IMG/VR virus record: IMGVR_UViG_3300025018_000135
Source of the DNA: an uncultured virus (IMG/VR IMGVR_UViG_3300025018_000135)
Taxonomy: Duplodnaviria; Heunggongvirae; Uroviricota; Caudoviricetes
Reading direction: 5' to 3' (one strand)
Length of the DNA stretch: 20,000 bases
Made by a program: the position numbers and the translations under genes
Notes under the pieces: model-generated
What the model was told of the DNA's origin: nothing
What the model saw: only the letters and a program-made list of their open reading frames with translations
Databases searched by the model: none
Shown: positions 15,407-20,000 of the stretch, in pieces
How positions within the stretch are numbered: the first letter of the stretch is position 1
Layout: the number at the start of each line of letters is the position of its first letter

Positions 15407-16108
15407 TTAGAAATCAGATGATTCTTCCTCAGACTCTTCCTCAGAACCTTCTTCCGATTCTTCCTCAGACTCTTCCTCAGAACCTTCTTCCGATTCTTCC
15501 TCAGACTCTTCCTCAGAACCTTCTTCCGATTCTTCCTCAGACTCTTCCTCAGAACCTTCTTCCGATTCTTCTTCTTCCGAAGCCTCGTCGGACTCTACTG
15601 AAAAGTCAGAACCTGCTTTAACAGTAAATTCTACAACGCCAGAAATAGTTTTTGTCGAACCATCAGCAAAGGTAATAATTACTTTCTTACCCTTTACTTC
15701 AACATTTTTAATACCGGCGAAAGAAACGCTCATAGACTCCCCAACAGTTGAGTTAGTTTTTGCACCACGTTTTGCTGGTGCTGCTTTTTCTGCTTTAGCC
15801 GGACGGCCACGTTTTGCAGGTGATGCTTTAGCTTTTGCTTTCGGAGCTGCGGCTTTAGCAGGGCGACCGCGTTTTGCTGGTGCTGCTTTTTCTTTTTTAC
15901 TTGCGGCAGCAGGGCGTCCACGTTTTGCCGGAGCGGCTTTTTCTGCTTTAGCAGGGCGTCCACGTTTTGCTGGTGCTGCTTTAGCAGTCGTCTTTTTGGT
16001 CTTGGTAGTTTCTGCTTTAGCAGGGCGTCCACGCTTTTTAGCTTCGGTTTTAGCAGGACGGCCACGACCACGGGAAACTACAGCGCCGGTTTTTTTAACA
16101 GTTGCCAT
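15407..16108 (-). CDS. AT-hook-repeat histone-like protein with acidic C-terminal tail (HMGA-like architecture)
   Basis: Six RGRP motifs in K/A/P-rich repeats, a short beta-rich middle segment and an E/S-rich tail; start ATG 16108 with GGAGA RBS. Confidence 0.85.
   Translation of the reverse strand: MATVKKTGAVVSRGRGRPAKTEAKKRGRPAKAETTKTKKTTAKAAPAKRGRPAKAEKAAPAKRGRPAAASKKEKAAPAKRGRPAKAAAPKAKAKASPAKRGRPAKAEKAAPAKRGAKTNSTVGESMSVSFAGIKNVEVKGKKVIITFADGSTKTISGVVEFTVKAGSDFSVESDEASEEEESEEGSEEESEEESEEGSEEESEEESEEGSEEESEEESEEGSEEESEEESSDF
15420..15563. repeat. Perfect 36-bp tandem repeat x4, in-frame, coding
   Basis: GATTCTTCCTCAGACTCTTCCTCAGAACCTTCTTCC starting at 15420, 15456, 15492 and 15528; encodes a 12-aa E/S/G unit. 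Confidence 0.97.
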
Positions 16109-16231
16109 TTGTATATCTCCAGAAATATAAAGGTTTGGGTGTAACTTGCAAGTTAGCAATTTAAATTAATCAATTAAGGTAAATTGCTAAAATCCCTAAT
16201 TGACGGTTTGCGAATTACTTTACAGATTTAT

Positions 16232-16789
16232 TTATTTCGATAAAACCCCCTTATTAATAATGTCGTAAATTAAGTCGATATGTACACCAGCAAACCATGT
16301 AATGAAAATACAGGTGTCAGTTATATCCGTAAAATAAAAAGAATTGGCTTTAAACTCAGGGGACATTATTGCTATGCTCTTATCTATGGCATTCTTTTCA
16401 ATGAAATGCCCTATACATGCGGCCATCGCCTGACCATTAAAATAGCGCTCAATTACTCCTTTTACTTTAATTCCATGTTTTGCATAATTACAGTACAGTG
16501 CGTAAAAATCATGAGGTACGTCTACCCGAAGACCTTTTGAAATAATATAAGGCCCTTTTTCATCTAGCCTTATATTATTTTCAAGAAGGTAATAGTCCTG
16601 AAGGTAACTGCCAATTAAAACAATATTTAAATCAGGTAAGTCATGAGACAACAGAGCAAGATCAATCCACGGCTTTGTTCCAAGCCCGGAAGAAAATGCA
16701 GGGCCGTGCATATCAATAAACAAATAGGTTTCTTTGGGCTTGCAGAAAAGGTCACGGAACATTGCAATTAAGTAATTAATAATCAGCAT
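16232..16789 (-). CDS. Hypothetical protein
   Basis: 185-aa ORF; AAGGA RBS. Confidence 0.75.
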   Translation of the reverse strand: MLIINYLIAMFRDLFCKPKETYLFIDMHGPAFSSGLGTKPWIDLALLSHDLPDLNIVLIGSYLQDYYLLENNIRLDEKGPYIISKGLRVDVPHDFYALYCNYAKHGIKVKGVIERYFNGQAMAACIGHFIEKNAIDKSIAIMSPEFKANSFYFTDITDTCIFITWFAGVHIDLIYDIINKGVLSK

Positions 16790-16851
16790 ATAAATTTCCT
16801 TTCAGTGTTGGGGTTAAAACGTCCTTGTACTAATTCCTTTTTGTACTTATT

Positions 16852-17094
16852 TTATTTATTTGCAAATGCAGAAATTTCTTCAATGAATGCTGAAATAACT
16901 TTTGCTTTTGCGGCACCAAAAGCCACCAGAGGATAGTCTTTCAGCGTATTACCTTCTTTATCAACTTCCCAGATAGCAATAGTGATAGACTTTTTATATT
17001 CTTGCTCCATGATTTTGAAATAAGATACTTTCTTTTTTCCTTTGGCATCTGTTGAAGACACTCGAACAATATCACCCTTCTTTTTTACACTCAT
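16852..17094 (-). CDS. Hypothetical protein
   Basis: 80 aa; AAGGA RBS. Confidence 0.75.
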   Translation of the reverse strand: MSVKKKGDIVRVSSTDAKGKKKVSYFKIMEQEYKKSITIAIWEVDKEGNTLKDYPLVAFGAAKAKVISAFIEEISAFANK

Positions 17095-17106
17095 TTCAGT
17101 AGTCCT

Positions 17107-17583
17107 TTATTTTTGGTTAGCTGACAAAAACCTTTTCGAGTTTTCTTCGTGCGTTAGTTCATTAGGCAAGTCGAGAGTCAGGATTAACTGATTGCAAGAC
17201 TTCAAATAAACTTCTGTGCAAGCTTCGTGACGCAACACCTTCAGTTTTCCTTTCAGGTCATCTGTGAGGAAGTCAGAGTCTCGCAGATGCTTCAAAAGAA
17301 AACGGTTGTCTTTCATTCTATCGTCTGCCTTAATAAAACGAAGACCTGCTTTCAGAGTTTTGTATCCGAGGCATTTAACAGAATAAGACAAAACAGTTTC
17401 TTTATGTTCGCCCCGAGTTTTAGGAGTGTCTACCTTAATTTTCTTTACGTTGCGCAGAGACACATTCAAATAACTTTCCCGGTAAACTTTTTTTGCGTAG
17501 TTCGGCCAGTTTTTTCCAATACGCATTTTGATATTCAAAGCTGCATCTTGCTGTGCGATTGCTGCGAAATATTGCTTGCTCAT
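17107..17583 (-). CDS. Hypothetical protein
   Basis: 158 aa; GAGGA RBS. Confidence 0.8.
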   Translation of the reverse strand: MSKQYFAAIAQQDAALNIKMRIGKNWPNYAKKVYRESYLNVSLRNVKKIKVDTPKTRGEHKETVLSYSVKCLGYKTLKAGLRFIKADDRMKDNRFLLKHLRDSDFLTDDLKGKLKVLRHEACTEVYLKSCNQLILTLDLPNELTHEENSKRFLSANQK

Positions 17584-17639
17584 TTTAAAATCCTCACGTG
17601 AATAAAATTTTTTAACGTATAACCTCAGATTAAAATCCT

Positions 17640-17744
17640 TTAACGTTTTGCTATCGTATCCCCTTTTAAGTGGGGTTTGTGTTTAATAACAGATTTCCAA
17701 ATCTCACGAAATTCTTTTTCAGCTTCCTTTTTTGTAAGTTTCAT
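17640..17744 (-). CDS. Small ORF (34 aa), possibly a truncated gene
   Basis: MKLTKKEAEKEFREIWKSVIKHKPHLKGDTIAKR*; GGAG RBS; ATG 1 nt after the upstream stop; below the ORF-track length cutoff. Confidence 0.5.
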   Translation of the reverse strand: MKLTKKEAEKEFREIWKSVIKHKPHLKGDTIAKR

Positions 17745-17745
17745 T

Positions 17746-17955
17746 TCAGTTCTCCAAAAAAGTTTTTCTGATTGTTTGAAGTTCAGATTTCCATGGAAAG
17801 GTCGGGTTATTGTCAATTAGGCCGTCCACCATAAGAAAGTCTTCCTTGTCTAACTGGTCTAACGGATACCAGTTTCCGTCTTCTGACAAAACAGACAAGC
17901 CAAAAACAATACACTTCGTTATGGATACTTTTCCGTTTGTGAATACAGTAGACAT
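17746..17955 (-). CDS. Hypothetical protein
   Basis: 69 aa; AAGGA RBS. Confidence 0.75.
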   Translation of the reverse strand: MSTVFTNGKVSITKCIVFGLSVLSEDGNWYPLDQLDKEDFLMVDGLIDNNPTFPWKSELQTIRKTFLEN

Positions 17956-17964
17956 TTTTATTCC

Positions 17965-18093
17965 TTAAATTTTAGTTAGTACATCAAGAATAATACCAAC
18001 GACAAGGGCAATACCGAAAGCACTTGATACATTAACCATTTCCTTTGCAGTGCTATCAAGGTTTTTGTAGTCGTTAATAATTTGCTTAATCAT
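17965..18093 (-). CDS. Small membrane protein
   Basis: Start ATG 18093 in GGAGAAATAAAATG context; hydrophobic segment AFGIALVVGIIL. Confidence 0.6.
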   Translation of the reverse strand: MIKQIINDYKNLDSTAKEMVNVSSAFGIALVVGIILDVLTKI

Positions 18094-18154
18094 TTTATTT
18101 CTCCGAAAGGAATTTTCATCAGTGAGCAACCCGTAAGTTGCTCTAGTTGAAAAC

Positions 18155-18439
18155 TTAGAAAGTTTGTTCTTCAAACCACTGTTCTATTTCTGATACCTTT
18201 TTTGAATGTGTGTAGTACATTTTAGGGAATGCGATGAATACACTGTCTTTCCAGAAGGCTACAACAGCTTCATGATTGTCTCTCATAAGCTGCGCAAACT
18301 TATTTTTCAACTCTTCTTTAGGAAACATTTTTTCAGGATTTTCTTCAAGCCACATACACTGAATTTTTCTACAGTCCATGTAATCCGCAATAGTGGATGC
18401 AAGCCTTGCCAGCTTCTTGTCGGTAACGGTAAGGGCCAT
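18155..18439 (-). CDS. Hypothetical protein, first gene after the promoter
   Basis: Start ATG 18439 with AGGAG RBS; 94 aa. Confidence 0.75.
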   Translation of the reverse strand: MALTVTDKKLARLASTIADYMDCRKIQCMWLEENPEKMFPKEELKNKFAQLMRDNHEAVVAFWKDSVFIAFPKMYYTHSKKVSEIEQWFEEQTF

Positions 18440-18488
18440 CGTCGGCGCTCCTATATAAGGTAGGGGTTTTCCTTGGGTCACGGTTCCG

Positions 18489-18509
18489 GGCCACAGGCTC
18501 CCCGGCAGT
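18489..18509 (-). promoter_or_regulatory. Conserved 21-nt promoter-proximal leader element, copy 2
   Basis: ACTGCCGGGGAGCCTGTGGCC; starts 14 nt after the -10 hexamer. Confidence 0.65.
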
Positions 18510-18523
18510 CTCCCCGCAACGTC

Positions 18524-18552
18524 AGTTTAAAGGGGTATGGATACCCTGTCAA
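18524..18552 (-). promoter_or_regulatory. Near-consensus sigma70-type promoter (probably early)
   Basis: TTGACA(18552-18547)-N17-TAAACT(18529-18524); intergenic, upstream of a run of small genes. Confidence 0.85.
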
Positions 18553-18568
18553 CCCCCTGTCTATAAGG

Positions 18569-18585
18569 TGGTCAAAAAATGACCA
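18569..18585. promoter_or_regulatory. 17-bp palindrome TGGTCA-AAAAA-TGACCA
   Basis: Identical to 228-244; 16 nt upstream of the -35 hexamer. Confidence 0.5.
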
Positions 18586-18985
18586 GTAATAGGGTATCCC
18601 CTGTTTTTAGGGGTATTTCCCGGCTTTTTTTAATGCCTGCCTTTTTATAGGTCAGGGTTAATAGGCCGAAACGCTCAGTTAGGCGGGGGGTGCCATCCTG
18701 TCTATATATAGTAGGCCCAGAATCCGGCAAATGGTCGAAATTAAGGCGGCCTTTATACCACTTGTTTTTGCCGGGTATAAAAACAGCCGCCTTTTTTAGC
18801 TTTAAGCCGGAACACACAGAATAAATATCTCTAGCCGTATCTGTAATTGCATACCCGCGCCCGCGCAATTTAGTAATTACCACAGGATATTTTTTAGTAT
18901 TCTCTGATTTATTTAATTCAGGGTCTAAAAAGGTTTCACCATAAACAATTAATTTATCTTTAAGTCTGTCTTTTTTACTGGGCAT
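18572..18985 (-). CDS. Hypothetical protein, paralog of the upstream gene
   Basis: 137 aa; PVVITKLRGRGYAITDTA. Confidence 0.75.
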   Translation of the reverse strand: MPSKKDRLKDKLIVYGETFLDPELNKSENTKKYPVVITKLRGRGYAITDTARDIYSVCSGLKLKKAAVFIPGKNKWYKGRLNFDHLPDSGPTIYRQDGTPRLTERFGLLTLTYKKAGIKKSREIPLKTGDTLLLVIF

Positions 18986-18987
18986 AA

Positions 18988-19383
18988 TTAACGTCCTGTG
19001 ACTATATAGACAAAGCCTGCTGCACTGGCCTTTTCTTCAATTACTTCTTTTTCTTTTTTCTTGGTTTTAATAACAGTCTTTATTTTCAGGATACCGGGAG
19101 AAAAGCCTTTTCCTTTATTTGGGTTAAGCAGAAATTTCATTTTACCAATTACAGAATAATAAGTGTTATTCACGCACACCATTTTACAGGTAGACACTAT
19201 ATGAATTTCTTTTGCTAAATAAATTCTATCGGTGGCTGTGTCTAAAATAGTGTAGCCGGTATCTCGGGTTTTAGTAATAACAATAGGAGTTTGGTTATTC
19301 GCCGTGTCTAAGTTTACAACACGGTCTGTGTCCTTTGCTTTTCTACTAGATGCTATATAAAGATACTTTGTTTTAGTAATCAT
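18988..19383 (-). CDS. Hypothetical protein, paralog of the downstream gene
   Basis: Start ATG 19383 with GGAG RBS; PIVITKTRDTGYTILDTA. Confidence 0.75.
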   Translation of the reverse strand: MITKTKYLYIASSRKAKDTDRVVNLDTANNQTPIVITKTRDTGYTILDTATDRIYLAKEIHIVSTCKMVCVNNTYYSVIGKMKFLLNPNKGKGFSPGILKIKTVIKTKKKEKEVIEEKASAAGFVYIVTGR

Positions 19384-19393
19384 TTTTGTCTCC

Positions 19394-19424
19394 AAAAAAG
19401 AAAGGGGCAATTAAGCCCCCTTTT
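19394..19424 (-). terminator. Rho-independent terminator
   Basis: GGGGC-TTAATT-GCCCC followed by TTTCTTTTTT on the minus strand. Confidence 0.7.
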
Positions 19425-20000
19425 CTAATCCTTAATAATAAGCAGGCCGTTACTCAAATACGCCTTAGTTACTTTAAAGGTATGTTCACCCGATAGAATA
19501 AAAACTTCTCCCTTGCTAACTTTATCCTGTAGGGCTTTGGTAAAGTTAGCGTCGATTTTAATAATCGTTTCTTTTTCGATAAGTTCTTCAGTCGCTTCTA
19601 TTTCAATAGTCACTCTTTGTTTAAAGGACTCGTTATATTCTTTGAAGTACCAATGCTCAAAAGGTTCAGCACCCTTCATTGAGTTTAACCAGTCTAGTCT
19701 ACCTTTCAAAAATTCTAATCTATCTACTACTTGAGAAAATTCATGATAAACCTGATTAGTATATTTTATTGCTGCGGATTTACTAACTTCTGTCATACGC
19801 ATAAAGTCTACGCATTGGGTTAATGTTTTCAGTTTTAAGTTAGAGAAATCATATTTTGTTTTTACAATTTCTTGGTACACTTTTTCGAGCACTTCGTTTT
19901 CATAAGTTAAATCAAAGTGTTCTACAAAATAGTTTCTAAAATTATCAGCGGATAGTTTTTCACTGTGATAACTTCCGGGTTCGTAAGTATAGTCGTGCCA
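19425..20000 (-). CDS. Hypothetical protein (5' partial)
   Basis: Frame stays open upstream of the listed GTG 19892 to the window edge (WHDYTYEPGSYHSEK...). Confidence 0.75.
   Translation of the reverse strand, partial: WHDYTYEPGSYHSEKLSADNFRNYFVEHFDLTYENEVLEKVYQEIVKTKYDFSNLKLKTLTQCVDFMRMTEVSKSAAIKYTNQVYHEFSQVVDRLEFLKGRLDWLNSMKGAEPFEHWYFKEYNESFKQRVTIEIEATEELIEKETIIKIDANFTKALQDKVSKGEVFILSGEHTFKVTKAYLSNGLLIIKD

Noticed and set aside
15420..15563. 36-bp repeats as a CRISPR array
   Set aside because: Head-to-tail copies with no spacers, in-frame within a CDS, and no cas genes in the window.
1568..19734. Plus-strand ORFs in the track (e.g. 1581..1904, 6188..6505, 8736..9158, 11302..11751, 12465..12869, 17227..17601)
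   Set aside because: Antisense shadows of well-supported minus-strand genes, without recognisable motifs.
1..20000. Stop-codon reassignment or a cellular chromosome origin
   Set aside because: The standard code gives near-complete gene tiling, and TAA, TGA and TAG all end genes. The many short unknown ORFs, lone tRNA and CTD-less topoisomerase fit a phage, although no virion genes are present in this window to prove it.

Overview
AT-rich, gene-dense DNA in the standard genetic code, most consistent with a large (probably jumbo) lytic bacteriophage. Nearly every gene is on the minus strand, converging at the left end on the 3' end of a plus-strand gene across a GC-rich, hairpin-dense non-coding locus. 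Recognisable genes: thymidylate kinase, GyrB/ParE-like and GyrA/ParC-like type IIA topoisomerase subunits, an HNH protein, a T4 57B/Acb1-like 2H phosphoesterase, a YspA/DUF2493 SLOG protein, a DHH/DHHA1 phosphoesterase, two AT-hook (RGRP) histone-like proteins and a CAT-anticodon tRNA resembling tRNA-Ile2. The rest are small hypothetical proteins. Most notable observations: (i) two sigma70-type promoters 12.8 kb apart share a 19/21-identical GC-rich element at the same position just after the predicted start site, a candidate antitermination or operator system; (ii) an exact 17-bp palindrome links one of these promoters to the structured left-end locus; (iii) a probable highly divergent phage sigma factor; (iv) an Acb1 homolog whose first catalytic His is Arg; (v) an HMGA-like protein with AT-hooks and a tandem-repeat acidic tail. 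All family assignments come from motif recognition by eye, not from database searches.
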